Shown here in pieces: positions 10,201 to 19,606 of a stretch of 64,000 nt of DNA (positions are counted from its first letter, which is position 1; the number at the start of each line of letters is the position of its first letter). The translations under genes and the position numbers were made by a program. The stretch is from an uncultured Methylomirabilota bacterium (lineage in GTDB: Bacteria > Methylomirabilota > Methylomirabilia > Methylomirabilales > 2-02-FULL-66-22). The notes below the pieces were generated by a model. The model saw only the letters and a program-made list of their open reading frames with translations. It did no database searches and had not been told where the DNA came from. The stretch is from positions 352,001 through 416,000 of the forward strand of contig CAWJSJ010000001.1 of the NCBI GenBank assembly GCA_963845565.1, given 5' to 3'.

Positions 10201-11522
10201 AGTGTTCGGGCGACATGCGCGGCGCCGGTGGTGTGGGCGGTGATCTCGTCGGTGATGGTGTCAGCGCCCACCAGCTCTCCAATCAGCTCCCGGCCCGAGC
10301 CGGTGGTGCCGACTCCGCAGATGCGAATGCGGTCCCCCAGGGTCTGGGCGATTGTCCGCAGGCCTTCCCGCACCACCTCGATGGGGCGGCCATCGGTCCG
10401 GACATAGATCTCGTGCAGGACGTCTCCCTCCGCGTCGAGCACGACCAGGTTGGTGCTAACCGACCCGATGTCGATGCCAAGGTACGCCTCCACCTGCGCG
10501 CCGGGCGCGGGGAGGCGCGGCGGGCGGACTCGATCGCGCAGGAGCAACACGTTCTCCAGGCTCAGGGGCCGGGCCGTCGTGCCGTCGCTCCCGTTGCCGT
10601 TCGGACGCGAAGGGACGGGGTGGCCGAGTGCGAGGGGCGCGTGGATCGCTGTTCCCGGCGCGGTGCGCCGGCACAGAAGGGCGGCGCCGATGGCCCCGTA
10701 CCAGGGGGCGGCGTCGGGGACGAGGAACTGGCATTCGTCGAGCGCGTACAGTTCGCGCAGGGACTGCGCGATGCCGGCATTTCGCGCCAGCCCGCCCACG
10801 AACGCCACGGGAGGCACGACGGCCTTGCCTTTGCTGATGCTGCCTTTGAAATTGCGAGCTACCGCATCGCACAGTCCGCGGAGAACCTGGGGTGGGGTGG
10901 CCCCCTTTTGCTGGGCATGGATCATGTCGGACTTGGCGAAGACCGAACAGCGGCCGGCGATGCGGGCCGCCGAGGGGGCCGTCACGGCGATGCGGCCGAC
11001 GTCTTCCACGCGATAACGGAGCCGATGTGCCTGTTGGTCCATGAAGGCACCGGTGCCCGCCGCGCAGTCGCCGTTGGTTTCATAGTCCAGGATGGCAGGC
11101 TGCCCGGTGACGGGATCGACGGCGAGACGCAGGAAGCGGGAGGATTCACCCCCCATCTCGAAGACGGTCGAGACCTCCGGATGCAGGAATGCTACCGCGG
11201 ATGCGATGGCCGTGAAGTCGTTGACGCGCTCGATCGCTTCGTGGGCCTGGAAGAGCCGAGCGCCCGCCCCGGTCACGCGAATGCGCTGGACGGGAAGGTC
11301 GGGGATGGCATCCCGGACGGCGCCAAGGATCGTCTGCGCGACGCCTACGGGATTGCCGAGGGTCCGGCGATAGGGAGAAAGGAGGAGGGGCTGGCCGGTC
11401 GACTGGAAGACGAACCCCCCGGCCTGCACCAACCGCTGGAGGAGCGGACGATCCTCGGGGTCCCCAACGACCGCGCCTTTGACGCTGACGGTCCCGATGT
11501 CGATACCGACGCAGATGCTCAT
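7207..11522 (-). pseudogene. Multidomain 2-hydroxyacyl-CoA dehydratase activase/dehydratase fusion (2x BadF/BadG/BcrA/BcrD ATPase + DUF2229-like + dehydratase-like), with two +1 frameshifts (real or assembly error)
   Basis: GIDIGTVSVK, EMGGE, CAAGTGAF, GIDIGSVST, EIGGQDAK, CAAGTGSF. Removing one base near 10013 restores LALQSRAPVRLGERCTVF; removing one near 9769 restores ILGQRIIVPPHNG. Repaired length ~1437 aa. Confidence 0.75.
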
Positions 11523-11752
11523 GAGGGTCTCCCCTCAGGGCGACGCAATCGGCGGAGCCGACGGCACCCTGAAATAGTACCCCGAACCGTGCGGCATTTC
11601 AAGGCGACGACCATCATGCCAGCGGTTACCAAGCCACACTAGCGGTTCCACGAAGCGTCTTCCAGGCAGGAGGTGCAGGTGGACCACGTCTCTCCTGTAT
11701 GAGGAACGACACGGTGTTCTGTAGGTAGCGGACTCGATCCGCTCCCGCCTGC

Positions 11753-11956
11753 TCACTCGGGCGACCCCTGCACCGTAATCCACCTTGGCGGTGTGGCGCG
11801 CCTCCACTCGGCCGCCAGCAAGTCGGCGGCGAGAAACGCGTAATCGCCACGACCCTGAAGCGCTTCGCGCACGGCAGCCACGATCTGCTCCCAGGTCCAG
11901 CGGGGGTGATCCAACGCGATGGAGCGGCGGAGGATGATTTCGATTGTCGGCAACAT
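11753..11956 (-). CDS. Small hypothetical protein (67 aa, MLPTIEIILRRS...)
   Basis: ATG with GAGG upstream; helical composition; no family recognised. Confidence 0.4.
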   Translation of the reverse strand: MLPTIEIILRRSIALDHPRWTWEQIVAAVREALQGRGDYAFLAADLLAAEWRRATPPRWITVQGSPE

Positions 11957-12288
11957 GGCTCGCCTCGTTCCGTTAGGCTCTTCGTCGAAGCACGCTATCC
12001 GGTAACGCAACTTGAGTGCCAGATGCCTGGTGTCGCGAACCTCGCCGCCGCGCTTCACTATGTACGCGTATTCATGCTCTCGAGAGCCAAGGAAACGCAG
12101 AACGGCCGTGGTGCGGCACGAGGGGTATGGCTAGCACGTTAGACTAGACCGTTCGCGCGCCGCCTGGAATGCTTTGCACCGTGTCGAATCGACCTTGGAG
12201 GAACCATTGCTGGGAAGGCGTTACCTCTTGAAGGGGGCGACGGGAGTTCGGACTGGCTAGAACCCGGCGGCCTGCGTGGCAGACAGGC

Positions 12289-12316
12289 GCGGCCCCCGAG
12301 AAGGGCCGGGGGCCGC
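12289..12316. terminator. GC-rich hairpin downstream of 12332..13273 (no U-tract)
   Basis: GCGGCCCCCG-N8-CGGGGGCCGC. Confidence 0.3.
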
Positions 12317-12331
12317 CGGATGGCGCCGACT

Positions 12332-13273
12332 TCAGTATCGAACCCCGTGGGTGTGCAGCGCGTGATCCACCGCGTGAATCGTCGCGTGGATCTCTTGGGC
12401 GTAGTCAGGCTCACAGAGCCACAGGGCAGCGCCGAGGAGTTGTTTCGCCAGTTCAACGACCTGTGATGGCTCTAGCGGGAGCGTGACTCCGAATGAGCCG
12501 AGGTAGGTCGTGGCCTGATCGGCGAGTTGCTCTGCGACCAGTTGCATCGCGGTCTCGTCGTCTTGCATCAAGACTTGGCCGTACTGGATCATCGTTCGTC
12601 GGAACTTCATTTCCTCGCCGACAATGGTCGCGACCGCCTCCGCACGGGTCAGTCCGAACTGACCCGAAAAGTCACGAGCGTACGCTTCCGCGAGAATCAA
12701 CGGGAACTCCGGGCTGCGAAGCAGGGCCCCCGCCGTGATCTTCTGCCCCACGTGGGGGTCCTGGCGCCTGATCAGGAGGTCCACGGCGCTCTCCACGACG
12801 TTGTGGTGGACCTCAAGGGCCACCGCGTCAGGGATTCCGAGGCCGGAAAGCGGTGCGAGGCTCACCATCTCCTGGGCCTTTGCAATGACGTATCCGTACG
12901 GCGCGTTGCACCGGGCGCACTGATGATGCGCGGTGGAGTCCGCGCCCCACACGTCATTGTGGCTCACAAAGCCAAAGGCGACCGACCTTCCCAACGGACG
13001 ATGAGCGACGTCCCACAACCTCAGGAAGTTGTTATGTGTTTGCGCATAGAGGAACTGCAGCCGATCCGGGTGGTCAAACATGTAGTTGAAAACGTCCGGA
13101 GCCATGCCACCGTATATTTCGTTTGCATTCCGCACGGGTCGGTTGGCGCCCAGATGGTCGTCGATGTACGCGTGGACTGCCGATCCCCAGGGGGATGCCT
13201 CTGGCGCGATGAGAAGTGAGGTGAGGAGAAGGATCCCGAGAAGGACGAGTGGTTTTCTTCCATGTTGTGCCAT
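12332..13273 (-). CDS. Secreted protein, zinc-dependent phospholipase C / S1-P1 nuclease-like fold
   Basis: Signal peptide followed by mature N-terminus WGSAVHAY (W-x4-H). GGMAPD, GFVSH..D..AH, H..VE..VD metal-ligand pattern. Confidence 0.55.
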   Translation of the reverse strand: MAQHGRKPLVLLGILLLTSLLIAPEASPWGSAVHAYIDDHLGANRPVRNANEIYGGMAPDVFNYMFDHPDRLQFLYAQTHNNFLRLWDVAHRPLGRSVAFGFVSHNDVWGADSTAHHQCARCNAPYGYVIAKAQEMVSLAPLSGLGIPDAVALEVHHNVVESAVDLLIRRQDPHVGQKITAGALLRSPEFPLILAEAYARDFSGQFGLTRAEAVATIVGEEMKFRRTMIQYGQVLMQDDETAMQLVAEQLADQATTYLGSFGVTLPLEPSQVVELAKQLLGAALWLCEPDYAQEIHATIHAVDHALHTHGVRY

Positions 13274-13471
13274 GATCTTTCCCTCCCAAAGAGTGGTCAT
13301 GCTGGTGAGGGGCATTTGGGCTTCGCGGCACTTGTCGGTCTATAGACATCACCTGGCCGGGAGAGGCGGGCCCCTGGAATCACCTATGACGTCTGTCGAA
13401 AGTGGATGTCTTACGAGGGTCTGACGCATAGGAGGGATCTCCGCACGTTGCCGGTGTGGTTGCATACGCCA

Positions 13472-14827
13472 TCACACTGACGATGCGAGCGAGAGGGATG
13501 GGGCGAGGCCCGTCTCCCTTGCGAGTGCCGACACACCCGGTTGCTTGCGAAACGTCGGAGGGTAAACACGCGCGTGAGGTTTGTTGGCCTGATAGGTCCG
13601 GGCCAGCTCCAGGAATATCTCCAACTCGGGCGTCAGGTCCCTTCCGGTGCCGTCAACGTACACGCTCTTTACCGGCAACCCGGCGTGGTCCTGGCTCAGT
13701 CGCGGGTACAGCGCCTCGGAGACGATGCCATTCATGCAAGAGAAGGGGCTCACATCAATGATGCCGTCCACCCCGTGCCGAAAGAAGTGATCGACCTTTC
13801 CCGCCGAGAGAACCATCTCACCCTCCGTGCACGTGAAAGGAAGATACCCAAGGCCGGCTTGGAGGATGACCTCCGTGTTCTCAGGCTCCTCGTATCCCCG
13901 AAGGTCTTCGGCAAACGGCGCGTGGAGGGCGCACTGATCCGACCGCTGAACATGATCCCGTAGCGTGGCCTGCATCATGGAGACCGACCAACGTCGCCCA
14001 TGGTGGCGCAGCCGCTGCCCCTCCGCGCTGTTGGAGTACCAGATCCACTCGGAGATGTCCGACAGCCAGGCCTCCGCGCCGCAGGCCTCCACGTGCCGAA
14101 TCAGATCCCCGTTGCTGAAGTCCTCCATCCGACAGAAGAGTTCGCCCTGGATGCCGATCAAGGGGCGCCCGCGCTCACAGCGGGTCGGAACGGCGCGAAA
14201 ACGGTCGCGGATAGCGGTCAGGGTGTCGAGAAGGCGCCGGAGTTGCGCGCGCGGCGATGGCTCGGCGGTCTCCAGGGCGTCGCAGAGCGTTCGGAGGGCT
14301 GCCGCATAGGCGTGGTCAGCATCGCCCGCCACACATTCATACGGTCTGGTCTTCAAGAGAAGCTTTCGCACGAGATCCGAGCTCACCACGCCACGCCACG
14401 CCGTTCGCATCAGATGGGGTGCGAACGCTCCTACCTGTCGGTAGCCATCGCCGTCGGTCGGGGACATGAGGAGGACGTCCGGGTAGCCGAGACGATGAAG
14501 GACGCTCCGGATCTGGGGACCGTACTGGCCGAAACGGCACGGGCCTTCCGAGCCGGGCATGAAGAGTGCCGCCTTCTCGGGCCGAAAGCCGGGGGCTTCG
14601 ACCGCCTTGAGGAAATCTCCCAGCGTGACCTTTGCCGGCAGACACTCGTCTCCGGTCAGGTGGCGCGCGCCCAGTTCCAGTGTGCGAGCATCCGGAGCCG
14701 GGAGGACGGTCGCGTCCAGTCCGGCCGAGCGAAAGGCGGCGGCGAGGACCTCCGCCCCGCAGTCGCTCATGCGGGGCAGATACAATTGTCGACCCGTCAG
14801 GCTTGGCGTGGACGTGGCGTGAGACAT
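13472..14827 (-). CDS. Stand-alone CoA-activase-associated dehydratase-like subunit; paralog of the C-terminal third of 7207..11522
   Basis: HLTGDECLPAKVTLGDF, EGPCRFGQY, GIQGELFCR and DVSPFSCMNGIVSE are all shared with the upstream fusion; GGAG RBS. Confidence 0.8.
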   Translation of the reverse strand: MSHATSTPSLTGRQLYLPRMSDCGAEVLAAAFRSAGLDATVLPAPDARTLELGARHLTGDECLPAKVTLGDFLKAVEAPGFRPEKAALFMPGSEGPCRFGQYGPQIRSVLHRLGYPDVLLMSPTDGDGYRQVGAFAPHLMRTAWRGVVSSDLVRKLLLKTRPYECVAGDADHAYAAALRTLCDALETAEPSPRAQLRRLLDTLTAIRDRFRAVPTRCERGRPLIGIQGELFCRMEDFSNGDLIRHVEACGAEAWLSDISEWIWYSNSAEGQRLRHHGRRWSVSMMQATLRDHVQRSDQCALHAPFAEDLRGYEEPENTEVILQAGLGYLPFTCTEGEMVLSAGKVDHFFRHGVDGIIDVSPFSCMNGIVSEALYPRLSQDHAGLPVKSVYVDGTGRDLTPELEIFLELARTYQANKPHARVYPPTFRKQPGVSALARETGLAPSLSLASSV

Positions 14828-14892
14828 TGGCGCGGCTCCTCGGAGGGGAGGCGGGACTACCGATCTGTCTTGTCGGCCCACATGTCGGAGGG

Positions 14893-14907
14893 GCAAGTAC
14901 AGTGCCA
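14893..14907 (-). promoter_or_regulatory. Sigma-54 (-24/-12) promoter
   Basis: Minus strand TGGCAC-TGTAC-TTGC matches the TGGCAC-N5-TTGC consensus, ~65 nt upstream of ATG 14827 and next to a sigma-54 activator gene. Confidence 0.8.
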
Positions 14908-15112
14908 AACCGCGGCGAACCGTGGTGCGTGAGGCTCTGTCGCCCCAATCTGTTGGGCGCATAGAAGGTTGGCGTTTTTCGGGGAGATCCGGGGCGGGCG
15001 CCGAGACGGGGAGAGGTGCCTGCCGAGCCGTGCAGCTGAAAGCGGCCACCGCCTACTAGGGGAGGCACCTGGTGTGGGCGCGCGCGGGGTGTGTCAGTTC
15101 GAGCGTGACGGC

Positions 15113-17194
15113 TTACGCGTTTTCCGGTTTGCGCAGCCCGTACGCTTTCATCTTGTTCTGGAGGGTGGCGCGGCTAACGCCGAGGGCCTTGGCCGCATGG
15201 GTCACGTTTCCGCCTGTCTTGGCCAGGGCGTCGAGAATGGTTTGCTTCTCGACCAGTTCGGTGGAGACTCGGGCCAGCCCCCGGAGGTCCTTCGGCCTCC
15301 TGGACGGAGCGTCCGCCTCGCCGCGGAGCTCGCGAGGCACGTCGTCGAGTCCCACGATGTCGCCCTTGGCCACGACCATCGTGCGCTGGACGACGTTCTC
15401 CAGTTCCCGCACGTTGCCGGGCCATTGATGGGCGATGAGGACGGACATGGCGTCCGGACTCGCACCCCGGATGGTTCTCCGCAGCTTCGGGTTGGCGGTC
15501 TCGATGAAGTGATTCACCAGCAACGGGATATCCTCGGCCCGTTCGCGCAAGGGCGGGACGCGGATCGGAAAGACGTTCACACGATAGAACAGGTCCTGCC
15601 TGAACCGGCCGGTCTTTACCAACTCCTCCACGTTCTGGTTCGTGGCCGAGAGGATACGGACGTTGACGCGAATCGTGTCGGTGCCCCCCACCCGCTGGAA
15701 CTCCCCATCCTGGAGCACGCGCAGGAGCTTGACCTGCGTGCTCGGCGAGATCTCGCCGATTTCGTCAAGGAACAGGGTCCCTCCGTCCGCCGTCTCGAAG
15801 ATACCTTTTCGCCTGGTATCCGCGCCGGTGAAGGCCCCTTTCTCGTGTCCGAACAGCTCGCTTTGCAGCAACGTCTCGGCCAGGGCCCCGCAGTTGACCG
15901 CCAGAAAGCGGCGGGATCGGCGCGGACTATTATAGTGGATGGCCCGCGCGATCAATTCCTTCCCCGTCCCGGTCTCGCCGTGGATCAGCACCGTCACATC
16001 CGTCTCGGCCAGGGAGCGGATCAGCGCGAAGAGTTCCTGCATGGGCTTGCTTTGGCCGACGATTCCCGAGAAGCTGAACTTGCGTTCGATCTCGCGCCGC
16101 AGGTCGATATTCTCCTGGACCAGCCGGCTGCGCTCGAGGTTGAACTCCACCAAACGAGTCTGGATGCGACGCGCCTGTCTGAGATGCTCGAACAGCAGCT
16201 CCGAGAACTGCCGCCGCAACTGCTCGGTCGACAGGGCGGCCTCGGGATGCGGCGTCTCGGTCCAGACGAACCGGAAGCGGGAGTAGGAGGCATCGTAAAT
16301 CTGATTCTCCTCGAAGGCGACGCTCTGCCCGCCGCGGCCGATGGTCCCGGGTCGGACGATACGATATGCGAGGGGGGCATGGGTCCGCTCCCCGGGATCC
16401 GCCGCGTCTCGATTCGTGAGCACGCGAATGGTGCCGCTCCGCGTCGCCTTCACCACGACGTCGGGGGTGTCCATGAGAATATCAGGCGGAAGGGGCACGG
16501 TCTCGGACGCCAGCGCAACATGGCGCGCCTCGACGACTGGCTGCCCTGTGCCCGCGGGATGGATCGCCAGGTGGTCGCCGCGGACGGTCACTCGGTACTC
16601 CGGGAACTCGCGGACGATATCCTCGATGCGGAGCTGCGAGACCTCCTCGATGCAGCGCAGGTCCTCGATGAAGGAATAGAGGCGCGGGAAACCCTCCGCC
16701 AGTCCGCGCACCAGGTGGATGGATCCCACGGCGGGCCGGACGTTTCCCGTGAACTGAGCCAGCATGTGCAGCGCCGATCTGGGGGCCGGCGTCTCGAACG
16801 ACTGGAGCCGAAGGTAGTTTGTGTGCACGGTGGCCCACAGGTGGGAAAACAATACGACCGATCGGACGTCGTTCAGGACGCGAAAGATGATCTCGTAGAC
16901 CGTCAGCAGTTCGTGTCGGCCGTGTTCGAAGTAGGCGCGGGCTGCCAGGTAGGGAACATCCTTGCGCCCGGTGATGTGCTCGCATTGGACGATCAATTCG
17001 CGGAGCACGGTCAGCGGAACCCAGTTGTTGCCATACCGCAGAAAGGTCTGGGGATCGGGGGGTGCGACGAAACCGTCGGTGCTACGAAACAAGGCGGCGT
17101 AGTCGATGGCTGCCTTGGCGGGATACTGTTCCTCGAGGTAGGTGAGAAGGAGGTCCGTCAGGAAACAGGTTACCCACGGCTGAGAGGTTTCCAC
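15113..17194 (-). CDS. Sigma-54-dependent enhancer-binding protein (Fis HTH) with ~330-aa unrecognised N-terminal sensor domain
   Basis: GETGTGKE, GAFTGA, LFLDEIG, WPGNVREL, NVTHAAKALGVSRATL. Confidence 0.92.
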   Translation of the reverse strand: METSQPWVTCFLTDLLLTYLEEQYPAKAAIDYAALFRSTDGFVAPPDPQTFLRYGNNWVPLTVLRELIVQCEHITGRKDVPYLAARAYFEHGRHELLTVYEIIFRVLNDVRSVVLFSHLWATVHTNYLRLQSFETPAPRSALHMLAQFTGNVRPAVGSIHLVRGLAEGFPRLYSFIEDLRCIEEVSQLRIEDIVREFPEYRVTVRGDHLAIHPAGTGQPVVEARHVALASETVPLPPDILMDTPDVVVKATRSGTIRVLTNRDAADPGERTHAPLAYRIVRPGTIGRGGQSVAFEENQIYDASYSRFRFVWTETPHPEAALSTEQLRRQFSELLFEHLRQARRIQTRLVEFNLERSRLVQENIDLRREIERKFSFSGIVGQSKPMQELFALIRSLAETDVTVLIHGETGTGKELIARAIHYNSPRRSRRFLAVNCGALAETLLQSELFGHEKGAFTGADTRRKGIFETADGGTLFLDEIGEISPSTQVKLLRVLQDGEFQRVGGTDTIRVNVRILSATNQNVEELVKTGRFRQDLFYRVNVFPIRVPPLRERAEDIPLLVNHFIETANPKLRRTIRGASPDAMSVLIAHQWPGNVRELENVVQRTMVVAKGDIVGLDDVPRELRGEADAPSRRPKDLRGLARVSTELVEKQTILDALAKTGGNVTHAAKALGVSRATLQNKMKAYGLRKPENA

Positions 17195-17373
17195 GAGGCA
17201 GCGCTCCTTCTCTGCGAGGAGGGCCTACGGGCCGCACGCTAGCGCGGTTCATAGGCCGGTGTCAAGGCCCGAACGGGACCCTCGGTGGTGGTGCGCGATT
17301 GACCGGGAACCTTTGACCGGTTAAGGTACGTGAATCGTTCCGGGTCGTGGGATCGATGGGCGTGGAGGGAGCT

Positions 17374-17859
17374 ATGCGAAGAGGCGGGCGAGGTGTTCGA
17401 GAGGTCGATCCACGGCGGCGGCTCTGGATTCAGAGCGTCATCGGTTTGGCCCTCGTGGCCGGGGTGGCGGCCATCTGGGCGGCGGTCCCGAGGGATGGTG
17501 CGGCCGGTGAGCCGGCGACGCATCGCGGCGGGCCGCGATTGGCTATAGATCAGGAGTTGATCGACTTCGGCGCCGTGCGCTACAACCAGTTCGTCGAGGC
17601 GCGCTTCCGTTTGAAGAACGTGGGGGATCAACCGCTCCGGTTGCCCGCGTCGCCGCCCATCGAGGTCGTTGAGGGCTGTTGACCGCCCAAGTCGGTCGTC
17701 GGTTCGACGACCCTGATGCCCGGCCAGGAAACCGAACTGTCGGCTCGTTTCACCATGCCGCCTGGGATGGGCGGGCCCCATCTTTTCGTGATCCGATTGC
17801 AAACCAACGACATCGTCCAGCCGGAACGAACGCTCCGAATCCGTTCCCTGTGGCAGTAG
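17374..17859 (+). CDS. Probable selenoprotein: TM-anchored DUF1573-like Ig-fold protein, Cys-Sec motif (EGC-U-PP), TGA at 17680-17682
   Basis: The frame continues 58 codons past TGA (PPKSVVGSTTLMPGQETELSARFTMPPGMGGPHLFVIRLQTND...) to TAG 17857-17859, completing the IDFG...FRLKNVGDQPL...L.PG....L...TND pattern. SECIS-like hairpin follows. Confidence 0.8.
17694..17712 (+). promoter_or_regulatory. Bacterial SECIS-like stem-loop
   Basis: GGTCGTCG-GTT-CGACGACC (8-bp stem) starts 11 nt after the UGA. Loop GU sits at positions 23-24 counting the U of UGA as 1, as in the E. coli fdhF SECIS. Confidence 0.75.
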
Positions 17860-17879
17860 GGCGCGTGCGGGGGAAGCCT

Positions 17880-18557
17880 GTGAGGTCATTTTCCTGGTGG
17901 GGTGCGGGATTGGTGACGTTCTGCGTCGGCGTGCTCGCCATTGGGGTGGCGGGCGCCTGGGCAGGGGAACGGAAGGAGGAGTGGACGCGAGACGATATTA
18001 TTGCCGCGCTCGAGCGCGGGCCCGGGCCCAGCATGGGGCCGGCGACGGCCCCGGTCGCGATGGTGTACTTCACGGATTTCCAATGCGGGTACTGCCGGAA
18101 GTTCGTGAAGGAGACGCTTCCCAAGCTCGAAGAGCAGTACATTCGGCCGGGAAAAGTCCGCCTCGCATACCGCCATCTCGCGATCCTTGGGGAGGCCTCC
18201 GTGCAAGCAGCGCGGGCCTCCTCCTGCGCGTTTGATCAGGGGAAGTTTTGGGAATACCACGATATCCTCTTTGCGAACCTGTCACCGCTTGCCTTCACCG
18301 CGGCCCGACTCAAGCGGTACGCTGCCGACCTCCGGTTGGACGAGAAGACGTTTGCTGCGTGTCTCGACAACCCGGCGTACGGCAAGCGGGTGGAAGCCGA
18401 AACGATGATCGGTCGGGCGCTAGGGGCGACGGGGACCCCGGCGTTTCTGCTCAACGGACAGCTCCTGCTCGGCGCGTATCCCTTTGAGGTCTTCCGGCAA
18501 GCCCTCGACAGCATGCTCGCCTCTCCGCCCCGCAAGACGCCCGGTCAGCCTCGCTAA
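17880..18557 (+). CDS. DsbA/DsbG-family thiol-disulfide oxidoreductase, exported
   Basis: Signal/TM segment; FTDFQCGYC; GTPAFLLNG. The real start is likely GTG 17880, not 17679. Confidence 0.85.
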   Translation: MRSFSWWGAGLVTFCVGVLAIGVAGAWAGERKEEWTRDDIIAALERGPGPSMGPATAPVAMVYFTDFQCGYCRKFVKETLPKLEEQYIRPGKVRLAYRHLAILGEASVQAARASSCAFDQGKFWEYHDILFANLSPLAFTAARLKRYAADLRLDEKTFAACLDNPAYGKRVEAETMIGRALGATGTPAFLLNGQLLLGAYPFEVFRQALDSMLASPPRKTPGQPR

Positions 18558-18715
18558 CAGAGCGCCGGTCGCCGGCGCGCAGGTTCGAGATCCCGGTCCA
18601 CCGCGCGCTTGCCCTTGTACCGCGCGGCAATCAGCGCTATAAGAATGGCACAGAGGTGTCTTGGCGGCTGCGTGTGGTCAGGTCCAGGCGGAATCGAGAG
18701 GGGCGGTAGAGCGCA

Positions 18716-19222
18716 ATGCACAATCCCCATCCAGAATCGGAACACCTGCGACGCATCTTCGAGGATACCCAGGTGCTGCGAAAACCGGTCACGGGCATCG
18801 TGACCGGATATCATGTCCTGCCATACGTCCTGGTGGCGCCGGATGAGGAGCAGGGCCAGCGGTCGGTGGAGATCCGGGGAAAGATTCGGGTCTCACCCCG
18901 TATGATCTTGACGCCGCGGCATCTGGGCCAGACGTACGAGCAACTCTTCGACGATCCGCAGCTCATGGATCGAACCCTCTTCGGGCGAGTCTTCAGCTTC
19001 CTGTACGCCGGTCGGCAAAACGTGCAGTTGGAGAGCGAAGAACTCCGGATCACGCGGGTCGACCGCGACCCGCGAGCGCAGATCGAACGAGCGCTGGATG
19101 AACTCATGCGGGGGGAGATCCTGGATACGGGCGTGATCCTGGGGCCGAACGTCAAGTTCTACCCCGTATCGATCGAGCGGTTCATCTCCGAGATCCTCGA
19201 TCGCGAGTTTCCACACGCCTGA
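18716..19222 (+). CDS. Conserved-looking hypothetical protein (168 aa)
   Basis: Clean ORF with typical codon usage; no family recognised. Confidence 0.7.
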   Translation: MHNPHPESEHLRRIFEDTQVLRKPVTGIVTGYHVLPYVLVAPDEEQGQRSVEIRGKIRVSPRMILTPRHLGQTYEQLFDDPQLMDRTLFGRVFSFLYAGRQNVQLESEELRITRVDRDPRAQIERALDELMRGEILDTGVILGPNVKFYPVSIERFISEILDREFPHA

Positions 19223-19606
19223 CGCCGACCTCGCCCGTGCGCTGGCTCGAGACGCGCAAGCTCCCGAAGGGGCGGCGGCGAAACCGGCGCCTGGATCGAG
19301 AGTTGCCAGGGAGGTCTTCGCGGAGCTGGGGCAGGAGGTGGCCGAAGCGGGGCCGGAAACAGAACTGCCGCAGGCGATCAGATTCGAGCCATGCAGCGTC
19401 TCCCCTTTGGTCGCCGACGCCGGTCCTCGCGACCCCACCTTCGGAGCCGGTTCCCACGTCTGAGTCTTGAATCCTCTGGGCGACCCGCCGGGAAGCCTCG
19501 CACTTCGTGGCGAGAGAGCTGCTCTGCTCTGATCCCTGCGGCTACTCATAAGGTAGGACGCGCCCGCCATTCCGTCAAGGGGTCGGCGAAAGAAAAGTCG
19601 TTTTCC

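Noticed and set aside
11622..11636. Second sigma-54 promoter upstream of the activase fusion
   Set aside because: Only the GG-N10-GC core matches (TGGCTT-GGTAA-CCGC); too weak in GC-rich DNA.
12180..12290. Possible tRNA/tRNA-Sec or riboswitch in intergenic regions
   Set aside because: No cloverleaf, T-loop/acceptor pairing or recognisable aptamer consensus by eye; a covariance-model scan would be needed to exclude it fully.
17679..17879. Long N-terminal extension of the DsbA ORF given in the ORF track
   Set aside because: These bases are better explained as the post-UGA half of the selenoprotein in another frame; DsbA likely starts at GTG 17880.
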